A DNA stretch of 64,000 bases from Oikopleura dioica (GCA_907165135.1 OU015567.1:682001-746000); one strand, 5' to 3'; numbered from the stretch's first letter, positions 17,264-30,518 are shown. Translations and numbers: made by a program. Notes: generated by a model not told the origin, from the sequence alone.

Positions 17264-17417
17264 GAGGTTGTCTCAGGAACCGACAAAAATTTCGACAAAT
17301 TTTGCATGGGCGGTTACTCGGCTGCTGATTGGCAAGTAAACCGAACTTAGGCTTCTGATTGGTTCAAGATTTCCACGGAAAAATTGTCGATTTTTTTGTC
17401 GGTTCCTGGCATCACCC
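17264..17417. mobile_element. About 155-bp MITE with ggaaccgacaaaaatttcgacaaa arms and two internal CCAAT (gattgg) boxes
   Basis: Inverted arms. A second copy lies at 44879-45032. Confidence 0.7.
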
Positions 17418-18724
17418 AATTATTATCTTGAAATAGACCTCTTCCGGTGGCGGTTTATTCCCTTCTGCAAGCATGGTTGTTCACTCAATGTTCTGGCCCC
17501 TGTCAAACGATGGCGATGCTCACTGGTACGCATACTTCACGATTCTCATTTCTTTCTACCTTTTCATCGTCGCCAAGATTGTTGGAGCTTCTCGAATTTA
17601 GCCCCCTTTTTCTGATTTTTTGCCACTTTTTTCCTGAAATAAATTTATTTTCGTCTTCTGAAATAACCGGAAAAACCTAGAAGCCACCCTTCACGTAAGA
17701 AAATGTATCTCAAGAGGCGACATGATTATGGAAAGGCTGAACTAAGTGCCGGATTTACCAACTCGGATTACGCAAGAGCGATAAGGGTGCCTGGCGACAT
17801 CCAAGAGTGATAAAGTAGATTTCGATACGGTTTCTTTTTTCTTCGCAGAAAATGGCGTCATGAATCTATTTACGTTGATAACGCGCATCAACCTTTCTAG
17901 AACACAACAAACGTAATTGGGTTATTAATAGCGTAATGATGCCAATTCCGATTCAGAATTCTGCTCTAGAAAAATCTTCAAGTTGCAAGTTGCAAGAGTC
18001 GTGCTCAATTAAAATCGTCACTGCGGTAGTACCGCTAAGCCTCGATTTCCCACACGATTCATTCGTCTTGATCTTCAATTTGTGCCCGCAAATCTTGTTC
18101 AATTTGGACTCCAATTATCAGGCTCTATCTTCTGAGAGAGGGTCGATTAACTTGGGTTGTGGAAGGCGGTTTCTTTGATCTCGCAATTTGTGCCTTCTTT
18201 CTTCTTGTTTATTTGTAAATGGACACATACTGGAGGAATAATCGATTTCCACAGTCTGTGTTTTACCGATTATTTCAATAAAATTCCGAAAAAAAATGCG
18301 AAATTTGCCCTTCTAGCTTTGAAATTTGGGACCAAACCGGGGGTCAAAAGTTGGGTGAAAATCGTTGTTGACACCCTTAAATTTTGACCCATAAATATAA
18401 ATATTTTTCGATTTTTGAGTACTCGATTTCAGCACTAGAATTCAGCTCAAAATCGTGACGTCACAAGTTAAATTCTGACATCATCGTTCTTCTGACATCA
18501 CAAGATTCCATTTTCCGACAGAAAACATGATTCGTTATAACGTGAACGAATTTTTCTCGTGAAATGCTTAGTGTGCTTCGTACGAGCGCCCCCACTTTCC
18601 TTCGCGTTTATAAGCAACGCGCGGGCCGCCCGGAGAATAGACCTTTCCTGGTGTAATACTACGCTTGGAAGAGAAATATTTTCACAAGTGACATTTGTGA
18701 TTGAGAAAACTCAACTTTTTCGCT

Positions 18725-20181
18725 ATGGCTTTTAAATTTGCCCTTGCTGCCGTCGTGGCTGGCTCACGAACTGCGCGAGATGCCCAACAAGACCTCGTCA
18801 ATTGCCGAGTAAGTACAGAGATATACAGTCATTTTTGGAAAGGCAGTCAAATTGTCTTTTGTCCTTTTCTTTATGAATTCCTCAAAGGCTAGGGTTTGAA
18901 GGAAATTTTTCTTAAGAAAATATTCAGGACACGAAACCTTGGCTCAGCTGTATCACTGCCTACACCCGAGGCGAGTGCTTCGCCAACATCGGCTGCGATC
19001 GAACCTGCGGTCAATGCTCCTCCAGCGCTTGCTACGATCGAATTCCGGTGCCACATGTCAAGCTCTACGAGGATAACGCCCCGGTCCGCGCGATGTGGCC
19101 AACAATCGGCAACCAGAACGGCCAGAACTCCTTCCCCGCTCTGAAGGAACTTGAGAGCCGAGAGGGTTTCCCCTTCGAAGAAAGCAGCATTTCGAAGTTT
19201 TGCTTGGACGTTTTCAACAACGGCCTTTGCGATTCATGGGATCAGCTGACTCTCCATTACGAAGACGCTAGCATCCTGTTGACTGGCATGCCAAACGAGT
19301 ACTGCCAGTTCACCTGCGGATACTGCAACGATCAGACGTCCGATGATGTTCACAACTCATGCGTGAATGCTCACAACAATATCATGACACTTCTTGCCGG
19401 GGAGAACAAAATCCAGAACGTCTTTGATTACGGACTTGGTGAAGAAACTACCACTGAAGGACCAGCTTCAACAGAATCACCAGCCATTGATGAAGCGGAA
19501 GAAGAAGAAGACGAAGGAGAGGAAGAAGAATGTGATTGGTTCTGTCAATTCTTCAGCGGAGGAGATGCAGAACACTCAAACACCTGGTGGAGAAGGCGAC
19601 GATCGGCCATCCCACTTGAAAAGCGAGAAGTCATCGTTTCCGCGATCGAGTCGATTCTCAAGAACTCCAATGTTCGAAATCGCCGAGAAGCAGAAGAGGT
19701 CCTCTTTTCCGAGTTTGGCTGGTTTACGAACGAGTTCAACGCTCCAGAAGCCGTAACAACGAACCACGCCGATGGGTTGGAGAACTGCAACGACAAACTC
19801 TTCGCCCAAAACGATGGAGATTTGATCGAGGAAGAAGAAATTGAGGAATTTGAAGAAAACGAAGAGTTGATGAACCCGTTCAGTCAAATTGCCGAACGTC
19901 GATGGCCACAAGATAGTGAGGCTATTCAAAGATACTTCAACAAAAAGTGAGTTCCATAGCTAATCATTGAAGACTAACATTTTTCAAGCTCGAATGTTAA
20001 CCTCGGCGAGTGCCAATGGGTCGAAATCCCGGCGTCAGCAGCTGAAGAACTTGAAGATCTCGCTTCGACTGAACTCACTTATGACTGCTCGATCAGCTGT
20101 CCCGAAGGAACAGCACTTTTCATTTCCGACAAGGAAGCCTCCGACGAGGAAATCCGAATGAACTGCAGGAAAGAGGCTTGA
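18725..20181 (+). CDS. Secreted ShKT-type Cys-domain protein with acidic linkers and furin-like sites
   Basis: Signal MAFKFALAAVVAG. Cys motifs CRDTK..C...C..GCDRTCGQC and C...C...EYCQFTCGYC. Sites RRRRS and RNRR. Confidence 0.65.
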
Positions 20182-20854
20182 TAGTATCCACTCTTCTTAG
20201 AACAGATAAAGAGACCGAGCTGAAACCGCTAAAGGTATTTCGCGGGCCAAACGCGCCCCAGCTCTGCGGTCAATTTGCGTAAGTTCGAAGATTCTCTTGA
20301 ATCTTTCGTGAACCGCTTGTCAAAGTTGCGCAAGGTGGTAAATTCAATTTTCCAAATTCTGACAAATTCAATTTCCTCAAATTCTTGAAGTTCAACTATC
20401 AAGCCAGGAAAAAGCAAAGATAGTCGATTCGCCACAAACATGCAACGGGATTCTTCTTGCCAAGCTGCCAATTATTGTCCCAACAATATCTGTGAGCGAC
20501 TCGAATGTCGGGAAGTTGAGGAGGAAGAAGGAGAAGAAGTTGAAACTTTTGAATGGGACTTTTAAATTCACCGAAAATGCCTTCTTTCCTCTGAACTCAA
20601 GCAACAAAATACCCATCTTCAATAAATTTACCTATTTTCTGCACGCATACGACTTGCTCTACACTTTTGCTCTTGAAAAATTGGTCTCCGAGTTTTTATG
20701 TTATCATGACAACGCATCGTAGGCTAATTGTCCTGCAGTTAAATCAACCGTGATGAGTTCACGCTGACTATCTCATTGTGTCCATCTTTTTATTGTTTTG
20801 AAGTCTCGTATTCATAAATTAAGAACCAAGACTCTTGGTTCAAGAGAAATAAAA

Positions 20855-21342
20855 ATGAGCGACTGGCGTGAGGACTTTTTGGAAGATTTTGACTCGGAGT
20901 TCGACACCTCGAGAAAAATCATTATCGCGATCAGCAGTACAATTGCAGCAATTGTGTTTTTGACTATTCTTGGGCTTTGCGCTTTTGGATGTTGCGGCTC
21001 ATTTTTCGCGATTCGACAGCTCCGCGAATACAGAGAACGAAACAGGCGTCCACAACAAAATACACCTGCGTCTACTTTTCATCAATCAAGTAGAGTCTCT
21101 GTTGAGCCTAATTTCCAGTAAATTTTTCTTTAGACCCTACTTTCAATCCCTCAGCTCCATATAATCATTGAGCTTCTGCATATCCTCCTCCTTATGGACA
21201 ATATCCAGTAGCGGGTTCGACAGCTTATAATTCAGGTAAAAAATTTTCGATTCGTTTATGTCAAATTTTCAAAGACTTCAATACAGCGACACCTTATAAC
21301 CATGGAACAACTGGATATCCTGTAAACTCGCATGCTTTCTGA
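20855..21342 (+). CDS. Small single-pass membrane protein with Cys after the TM and a PY-rich tail, interrupted by an in-frame TGA
   Basis: TM IIIAISSTIAAIVFLTILGLCAFGCC. GT-AG introns. Tail SAPYNH*ASAYPPPYGQYP...TPYNHGTTGYP. Confidence 0.55.
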
Positions 21343-21498
21343 TTCTTCTACCAAATTTTGCTAAGAGAGAGATAAACGTTTATTCGCCCTACGATCGTTT
21401 TTCTAAGATACAGAATCACTCGATGAGTATTTACAGTAAAAATCACGTGAGATGAGAGAGGATAGACTACATGTCGTTACAAATCAGGGTAGGAAACT

Positions 21499-22968
21499 TT
21501 ACTTCTGGGCGACGGCAGAGATGTCAGAATCGGCGTTCTCGCCAGCCTGGAGTTTCTTCTCGATGGCGATCAGGGTGTTGACACCGTCGACGACCATTTG
21601 GACGAGCTCTAGCTCGGAGAAGCCAAGTCGGTCGGCGTTGGAGATGTCGAACATACCGCCCTCGGAGGCAGTGTCGACGCCGCCTGGATCAAGTGTTTTG
21701 AAAAGTTCTAGAGCTTGATGACTTACCAGTTCCTCGCTTCTGGAGTCGAAGCTTGCCAAGGAGCTCGTCGAACTTGGAGTGCTCGGAGAGCTTCTCGAGT
21801 TTCATGTGGACACCAGCTCGGACACCAGTTCCTAAAAAACTGTCAGCGCAAGTTGAGAAAAAGGGTTTTACCAAGGTTGGATGGGCAGGTAAGAATGTAG
21901 CCAAGATGGTCGCTGTGCATGAAGTCCGCTCCCTGCTCCTTGACATAGGTCTCGAACTTGTTGAGTCCGTCGATCCATCGTCGCCAGCAGGACTGCATGT
22001 CTCCGTCCTTCTGCATGGAAATGACTCGGAGATGATCTTCCTCGTTGATCCAGACCTAGAAACAGGTAATTTGGGACGAATGAAATTTTCGGGCTTACCA
22101 AGAAGTCCTTGTTGTCATTGTGCCAGATTCCTCGGGCATCGGGCCAGTCTCGAGCCATACCAGCGGCGGTGAGAAGGGGAGAGACGGGCTTGTCGAAGAG
22201 GAAGTGATCGGCGATGAGCTGCTCCTGGGCGGCGTCGGTCATTTCGTAGAGGGGGAAGTACTTGCCTTAGAAGAATGATTAGAGAGAAAATATAATTTGA
22301 GGGGATACCCTTAAGATCGCCGTCGAATCGATCGAGAGCGCCGATAGAAATGCTCTCGACCTTTCTTCGCTCAGCTCGGGAGCACCATGGAGGAAGAGCA
22401 TATCCTCGGATAGATCGGCCGGTTCGGACTCGGACAGAGAAGACGTACTCGGGATCGAAGGGCTCTTCCATGACGAGGTTGTCGGAGAGATCGGTCTTGT
22501 GCATGTCAGTGGGCTTGTATCCACCATGTCGTCCCTCGATAATTTGATCGAAGAATTCAGCAAAGGCATCGTAGGAATCTTCATCGCCAGCAACGCAGCC
22601 GACGGTCATGATGAATGGGTGGCCGGGGTTGTCGACGCCAGTCTGGATGGCATCGTCGATGGTGAAGCCGGATTTGGTCTGTCGGGCTCGCATTCGCTTG
22701 TAGAGCTCAGGGGTCATGACTTTTGACATCCAGTTGTTGTGCTTTTACAAGGTCGAAAAATGAGCTCTGTTGAGTGAAATCAAGGAAGAAAAATCATTAT
22801 TTGAGGAGAATGATTTTCAAGCAAAAATGTTGCCTTTATTATACATTTTTTCAAAATTGGCGGAAATTTCTATTTTTATTAAAAAAAGCCTGTCGTTTTG
22901 GACCTTTCCTTGGAGAGATCGGGCATCTCCTCATCCCCAGTGTATTTAGCGGTGTTCAGGTTTGGCAT
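21499..22968 (-). CDS. CK: Creatine kinase (cytoplasmic type), 6 exons
   Basis: [93 protein letters not shown]. Confidence 0.95.
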
Positions 22969-23412
22969 CTTTTTTGTTTTGTTTTGTGACTTCTTCTCTC
23001 CCTAGAAACGCCAATCTCTGTGAAATGAAATATAAATCTTTCTATTACCCGAGTTGATAAAAGAGTGAGGCCAAAATAAAAAGTACGTTGCGGCCAGGAG
23101 TCCCTGGCGTTATCGCCTCCTCACCTTGAGCGAGTGACAAAAAGGGATCAAGAGCGTGAATCAGCTGTGCCATCTTCTTTTTTTAACAAATGATTTTCAT
23201 CGCGCAAATGTTTCGTTTCCTTGAACTTCATTAATTCGACTCAACAATAGACGCTACCCTTATACTTTCATGGCTAATATGAAGATTTTGATCTGCTCTT
23301 CCAAAAAGAAGAATAAATAGAAAGATCTCGAACTGCTGACATTGATCTACCAGCGCAATAATATTTAAAATAAAGACCTGCACTTCACCTTGCCGTCTAT
23401 TTGAAATCAGTC

Positions 23413-24376
23413 ATGAGCGGGAGCAGAGCAGAATACATTCTGGTTGAAGATGGATCTTGTCAGCGAGAGGCTTGCAAAGAAAAATATCCACGAAAAATCG
23501 AAAGAAAGGAAAATATTGCGGATGAAAAAGTCGACGAATCCACCCTATTGTATGAAAATTTAAAAACTGAGCAAGCATTTGAGCTTTTTTAGATCTATTG
23601 GACTATGGTTGTGGTTCTTCTTGGTTGTCTCGTCATTAATTTTAGATTTCTTTTCGACCGGTTAAGGATTAACGATCAAGCGAATGATGCGAAAGAAAAA
23701 TACTTTTAAGAAAATTTACTGTTGTAAATCTTCGTTGAACTATCCTAAAATTACGAATAAAACTTGCATCAAAATATCCGAACCAACGCTTCTTAAAGAT
23801 TTTCGAGCCCTGGTCAGAAGAGCTCAAGTCCATGAAGAAAGCCAATGTCAAGGAAATTGCACTTCTGAAAAAACATGATAAAACATAGTCAGAGAATCGC
23901 GATTATTTTTTCCCTCGGTAGTTGCGTAGCTGAAAAGGATTTCAAATGCTACGAGTGTTCTTCAATCACGTACAACGGTGTCAATACATGCGGCTCCATT
24001 GAGAAACTTGAAGATATTTCTTCGTGTGAAAGCGATATCGGATGCTATACGAAAGATTTTATATATTTTTCCGAAAACTACGACGGCGGATATTGTAAAA
24101 AAAATAGCATTCACTCATGGAGTCTAATGATTCTTATTTTTAGTGGAAACTATCACAAAAGGTTGTCTTACGAGTAATGATCAAACAAAAACTGGATGCT
24201 CGTTTTATCAGGAAGGAGACACAGTCAGAGATGAAGATGGTGCCCCTCAGAGAATAGATTTTGATCATGAGCTGTGCAATTTAAATTGTTTCAATGACTT
24301 TTGCAACCGTAAATCATTTATTGAGCCTGATCTGCAACTATCTCTAAAACTCTCTAATTCCAATAAAATGCGATGA
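23413..24376 (+). CDS. Membrane or secreted protein with a Ly6/three-finger-like Cys domain; start uncertain
   Basis: KCYECSS...TCG...SCESDIGCY...KGC...GC...LCNLNCFNDFCN pattern, with an upstream hydrophobic segment. Confidence 0.5.
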
Positions 24377-24830
24377 AGTGAGCAAGAGGTTAAAAAAAGC
24401 TGACTTTTTTAACTGAGTAGTGGGGTTTGAGAGTAGTTCATGAGTCTCGTATAACGTTTTATATTGCTCATCCTTCTTTTCGCTTCAATAACGCGTTACA
24501 TAATTCTAGCGCCAAGTGCAGTAGATGCAGGGTGCGGTACATTTTACGGAACAACGTGACGGAATGACGTCAATCGGAGGATGCGAATTCGGGAGGACCC
24601 CGGTCAGGTAAAAGTGTACCGCGAAACCGGGCGATTCAAAAGAGATTCATCTTTTTTAGAACTTCTATTTAACAGTAATTCAGAGAGAGCAGGAAAAAAT
24701 TATTTGTGTACAAAGCAAGCTTGGGTTTTAGTCGCGTTAAACATCGACTGGAATTGAATTTGTCGAATTTAACGAGATTTTCACCTTGAGATTTTATCTT
24801 ATTAGCTGATGATTAGTCACGTGGTTGGAG

Positions 24831-27800
24831 TTACTCCTCTTCGTCAGAATCTTGCATTTCAGCTTCTTGAGTGGCTTCAAGAGCGACGACTTTGCGGCGG
24901 AGAATTTCGCGTAGGGCGATAAGGCAGAACTAAAATGATAAGCTTAATTTCTAAAATTTTAAATTTCCAAAAATTTTTTTGAATATTTTTTTTTCTTGAA
25001 AATACGGTTAGGGGCTTACCTGGTATTGAGCGTGAGTCTGGACGGAGAACGCGCGCTGCTCTCGTATCCTTCTAATAGTCGCGTACAAGTCGATTTCTAC
25101 GTCAACATCGAGCCAGGCTCGGCAGATATCAATTCCCAAATATGTTCCTAGGAAAAACCAATTACTTCTCTGTTCAAAAAACCGTTTCCAGAAAGCGCCA
25201 GAACGCAAATTCTGGAGTGAAACAAACCAGTTCTGCCAATTCCAGCGCTGCAGTGTACAACAATAGGGGATATTTCGAAGGCGTCTTCGTCGGGAGGAGT
25301 TGGCGGGCCGTAGGGCGAAATCAGCTGGCTTCTGATTCTAGCGTGGCACTCGTTTACTTGGTCCTGGAAGTCGAGGAGCATTTCCGGGCATTCGGGCACA
25401 TCGAAATCGGGCCACTAGAATCGATAGTTAGGGCATTATAATTGCTTTCAAATGAAAAAAAAGCCGCTCGCGGCTTTCGGAAGAAAAAAGTCGAAGAAAA
25501 AGCCGCATGAAATCGAAAAAAATTTGCTTAAATTTGATTTTTTTCATACCTTTTTGAAGGCAAAGTGATAAATTGTCCTGGTCTGGCACTCGAATTCAAT
25601 CTGGATGGTTGTCCTCGTAAAATGCTCTTCTTCCACCGTTTCGTCTTGATTGTAAAGCACGAAGTGCCCGGCAATCTTCCGCTCACCCTCGAGCGGCCAG
25701 TACAAATCGCACTTTTTCTTGTCGTTTTCAAAGAGCTTCGTGGTCATGACAATCACCCTCGAGTTCGACTCCCAAACCATTTGCCAAAAGTGCGCCATCG
25801 TGTTTTCTTTTGGGCCTTGAGTGCAGATGTACTTTTTCTTCATTTCAAAGCCGTCACAGTGACTAGCATTTATATAGTCATTTTCGTCTAAAAACAGGTT
25901 GAATTTCTCGAAAAAAATGAAAATATTGAAAAAAAAATTCTTGATTTTTTCGATAAAGAAAGTTGTTTTTCACGAATTCTACCAGAAAGTCGAGTGTCTT
26001 CCAGTCTGACGCGAGTGTGATCGTAGCAGGGGACATCGGAGTAGCGATTCCGCACTTGATTTGGCCGCGCCCGGGAGAAGGCGAAACAACCAGCTGGCTT
26101 TGCGGTTCGAATCTCTTCGTATTGACGGCGTAAACAGCCACTAGACGCCTGAATTCTGAGTGAATGTTGATAAAAGATGATGTTTTTCATCAACAAAATT
26201 TTTCTCATTCTACTAGTTTCAATTGTAGACAAAAATTATTGAAAAGAGACTTAAGGGATTCCCCTCCCCCGATTTCGTCAACTTTGACTTCGAACTACTT
26301 TCTTTAGGGCTGAGTTTTTTTACAAGTATGAGGGCTCATTTTGAAGCCCGTTTCTTAATGAACAAACTCTAGTACAGAAATTAATTTTCATAAGGGGAAA
26401 CACCTTGAAAAGACGGACTGAAAACATTGATTCTCGCGAAAAACCCCATTTTGGGCCATTTTTAAGGGTGTCTGCGGAGAAGCTCCTTGCTAAAGATCCT
26501 AAGTGGGGGGTCCCTTAACTAAGAATTAGGGGTTGTTTTTATATTAAGTTATTATTATAATTATTATTAATAAATTAATTAATAAATTATAAATATCAAT
26601 TAATTATTATGAGAGCTACCCCTTATTCTTGATAAAGGGACCGCCCAACTTAAGACTTAAAGCAGGGGTAATAATTTATTATTAATAACAATAAATTATT
26701 ATTATAACTTCAAATTACGATGCTAAGAAATGTCTTTCAGACATATTTATGATGAAAAACATGCGATTGTAATTGTAAATGTAATTAAATTACCTTGTAC
26801 CAAGTTTTGTTTCCACCATTGTATCTGTTATGCACTGATCTTAGGGTTACATCATTTTGCTCACTATCCTCGCTATCGTAAGAATCATGACTAAAAATAT
26901 CGTTATTTTCCAAAAAAACGGAATTATTTCATGTTTTTTATAAATAATTGATCAATGTGAAACGAGATTAACTTTTGTGAGTCCAGGCGGGTTCATTCTA
27001 GCGCTTGTTTCGGCGAAAACACGCGCTAGACCGTTCGATTTTGTAATGGCTATTGAAAAAAGGGTTATTTGGGGCTTTTGCTTACCTGGGAAAACGATTG
27101 GTGTTATGATGAATTGGATCGGCGGCGAGCTTGGCGAGAATTCGCGACTTGCTTTTGCTGATTTGACGTGCGGAGTTATCGCTCTCTGCAAGTTCGACAC
27201 CCGAGTCGTTCCAGCACCTGAATTTGAGCTTGAAAAAGTGAACAGGATTACGCGCGAAATTGAAAGCACAGCACAAAAAAACAGGCTTTCAGGATGAAAA
27301 AAAAAAGATATTTTCCGTTTCACTTCTACTTAAAAACAATAACAAAAAAAAATAAAATATTTTTTCCCAAAAATAAAAATAATTAATAAAAAATCAATAA
27401 TCTTCGCCCCTTCAACCAATAAAAAATCATTAGATTTCTCAAAAAGACAACCCTTACCCCCTAACCCTAATCCCTATGCCCTACCCTTGTCTTTATCCGT
27501 TTCCTACCCTTATTTCGTAACCCAATCCCGTACCCTTAATCAAATTCTTCAAAAAGAAATGTCTCAAATAAACTTTGTCTCGCTTTTAACCAAGTCAAAG
27601 TGTTCATTCTTTCTTGTTTAACCTAATAAGATACCCTTTATTTACCCTTTTCTTCAGCTTACAAGATAACAAAACAGATAAAACATCGTTGCCTATATTT
27701 ACCTCGCTCGTTTCGGCGAATGAGTCGGGCTGATTTCATCCTCTTCGCTCGAGTCTGTGTCGAATTTTTTCGCCAAAATCTCTTCGGCGAATTTTCTTAT

Positions 27801-27863
27801 GTCACAATTTTCGAGGTCTATCTCTGTCGGCACACATGGCACTTCAAAGGAAATATTCTCCAT
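24831..27863 (-). CDS. Classical non-receptor protein tyrosine phosphatase with PTPN9-like catalytic domain; start approximate
   Basis: [73 protein letters not shown]. Confidence 0.85.
26255..26514. mobile_element. TTAA-flanked GGGA...TCCC MITE in a PTP intron
   Basis: TTAA at 26251-26254 and 26515-26518. Short gggattcccc / ggggggtccc termini. Confidence 0.55.
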
Positions 27864-29294
27864 TTTTTTCTCTTTATTTGATTTTTTAATTTGTTAAAAA
27901 AAATGTTGGTTGTTAGTGGATTTGAAGAGCGAATTTGAAAATCGAAAAATTTTCGACTTTTCTTTTCTTTTTTTTAGATTTTAGCTTTCTAATAGAAATG
28001 AGCATGGCCATGAAGCAGGAAGAGCCGAGCTCAACGTGGGTGAAAGTTTGGCCGAACGCGGCGTCTATACGGACTCCTCGGCACCACACCAGCGCGCACA
28101 GCACCACCACACCGGAGCTGCGCCGATTCAATTCTACTGAGCAATTTTCCTATGGCGCAATTTTCGACCTACTATTAGTCAATTTGCAGGCGTAAGCACA
28201 ATTCGCACTTTTTGCTTAAAAACGAGAATTTTTGTACTTCTTCAGTCTTGATCCTTTTTTGTCACAAATAGAATTTTTTTCCTTTTTCCTTTATAAAAGA
28301 ATCTCACAGATTTTGATCTGAAAGACAAACCGCGTTTTCGTAACAATAAATGAGAAACTGAGAAGGACCATAAATTGCATCAGTCCGATGATTTTCAGAA
28401 AATTTTGATCAATATGATTTAGAAGAATGATTTTCTTTATTTCCTGCCCTGCAAGTGTTTCCCTGGCGATTTACATATGTTATGTTTTTTGAAAATTCCC
28501 GAAATTCGTCAACATTTCAAACATCGTTTTTAACCACAGACCCTTACTATCAATGATAGTTTATCATTGACATTTTTAGAGTTATTCAACGGTTAAAGTT
28601 GTGGAAATCGAAGGTAGTACCCTTAATAAAAATTATATTCAAAGCTTAGAATATTTAACTATTGTATGTTATTTCTTTTGCACCACAAGAGAGTTTAAAA
28701 ATTGTAAAGCACTTTGGCAAAACAAGATTTCTGATTGAATCTGTTGCGTTAGAATCTCACTTCTTCCGGGAAAATGAGGAAATGTGAATTTCTTCTTGCG
28801 CTGGACCGCGGAGGAGCGTAGGAGTGTTGGCCACCCACGCACTTTTGCACCACCACACCGCGCACCAACACCACACTCAGGAAGGAATACGCGCGCCGCG
28901 CATTTCTTCTTCGTCAGGAAATGCTCGACTCACTCAACCGTTCACCTACTTATTCAAATTCGACCAAGAATCGAAAAAAAGAAAATGATAAGAAATAATT
29001 ATCCGTAAATTTTCCAGTATTTTTTCAAGCCGCTGATTTTCGTGATTTCGTTGCTAATTGAGTTCCGCCTACAATGCGACCTTTTTATTATGAAAATCAA
29101 CAAGGACTTTCGATTCGAAAAGTTCATCAAAACTGCATGAGAAAATTGAATTTCCGGCTCGTTTAATTCATCAATTAGCTTGAAAGCAAATTGCGTCAAA
29201 AAAATAAAAAGAAACTGCAAAAGCATTAACTTCAATAAATAATGCGGACTTTGCCTCGAACAAAGCTAAAACATTTTTTAAAAAAGTCGAAAAA

Positions 29295-29540
29295 ATGAAG
29301 TTTTTTATTTTAGGATTATTTTTTATCGGGGCTTTTGCCCTTTCTCCGTTCTCGGTGAACAATCAGATACAGAGAATTTGGAGGGCTTATGAAAAATCAA
29401 AGGCTTGTCGAAGAGGTGAAAATAATCTTTTTAGAAATTTCGTGAATAACAAATTTTGCAAAGCAAGAAGGCAGGCGCTTGGAAGACTTCCAACTCGATA
29501 TGAGAAATTGAAAATACGCCGAGAATGCGACTATTCGTAA
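29295..29540 (+). CDS. Single-exon 81-aa secreted cationic peptide precursor
   Basis: Signal peptide MKFFILGLFFIGAFA. Mature part has 11 Arg and 6 Lys versus 5 acidic residues, plus 3 Cys. Confidence 0.55.
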   Translation: MKFFILGLFFIGAFALSPFSVNNQIQRIWRAYEKSKACRRGENNLFRNFVNNKFCKARRQALGRLPTRYEKLKIRRECDYS

Positions 29541-29669
29541 CGAAAAATCTGACCTTATAAGCCGAATATATTTAATAAATTTTTCCGCAGAGATTTTTCT
29601 TAAACCATAGTTAAAAATTGTTTCTCACGCCATTGCAAATTATTTATTTTAGTGTCTTTAATTTCTGGA

Positions 29670-29935
29670 CCAGACGGGTGTAGGGCGGCTACGTTCGAAA
29701 TTTCGAACGCCGTTCGAGATTTTTCGAACGCCGTTCGAAAAATTTCTGAATTTGCTTATAAAAATGAGCTCGTATGCGCTCCGCGCCTGTAAGTCAACTT
29801 CATCTACTTACACGATGACATTGATTTAAGCTCATTCTTAGGTCAAGATTTTTCGGAAATTTCGAACGCTGTTCGAAAAATGGGCCCAAAAACCGATTTC
29901 GAATGGGGCCGCCCGCCACCCGACCAGACCGTCTG
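29670..29935. mobile_element. Possible MITE with ccagacgg termini and internal ttcgaacgccgttcga palindromic repeats
   Basis: Short terminal inverted repeat and repeated gttcgaaatttcgaac motifs. No clear TSD. Confidence 0.4.
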
Positions 29936-30425
29936 GTAGTCACTTGAAATGCAGTAAAAATGATAAATATGCTGCATGGTAACTGCAGCTACTTTAGGAT
30001 CAAAATGCTTCGTTTCGACGAATTTAAGGGTAAAGTCATCGCTGAGCCCTACTTTGAGCTTGAATTCCTCGGTATCTGTAAATGGTAACGAAGTCCTTGA
30101 AATTCATTGGCATTATGCCTTTGTTGAAGATCTATCCTTGTTTTTACTATTCACAAGAGCTTTCTTCAAAATTTAAAGTAAAAATATTGTTTCTAGTCCG
30201 TCAAATTTGACCAAAATTTTCAATATTTTCAGGGATCCTTATTTGCACTATGACTACGAGTTCTTGAGGAGAATTTTATAAAAGCTCTTGTTATTTTTCT
30301 CTTTTTCCCCTGAAGGAAATTTTGAGTTATAACAGTTAACTCTGCGCTAATTCAAGCCTCAAACTGTTACTACAACCTTATAAATTATAAGGTATATGCG
30401 AGTTACGAACATACATTTTGTCTTT

Positions 30426-30518
30426 AATTGTTTTTTTATTATCGAAAAAATAAATCAATTGTTTTTTTATTATCGAAAAAATAAATCAATTGTTTTTTTA
30501 TTATCGAAAAAATAAATC
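30426..30518. repeat. 3 x 31-bp AT-rich tandem repeat
   Basis: aattgtttttttattatcgaaaaaataaatc x3, abutting the stop codon of the kelch-like gene. Confidence 0.85.

Noticed and set aside
17440-18390. Short ORFs on both strands
   Set aside because: Stops occur in all frames and no motif was recognised. At best this is a decayed gene.
22350-22726. Long antisense ORFs over CK, NVL, the CUB gene and the ShKT gene
   Set aside because: They are shadow frames of GC-richer coding exons on the opposite strand.
27913-28131. Signal-peptide-like ORF upstream of the PTP, suggesting a receptor PTP
   Set aside because: No convincing splice path or extracellular domain was found, and the PTP has its own ATG at 27863.
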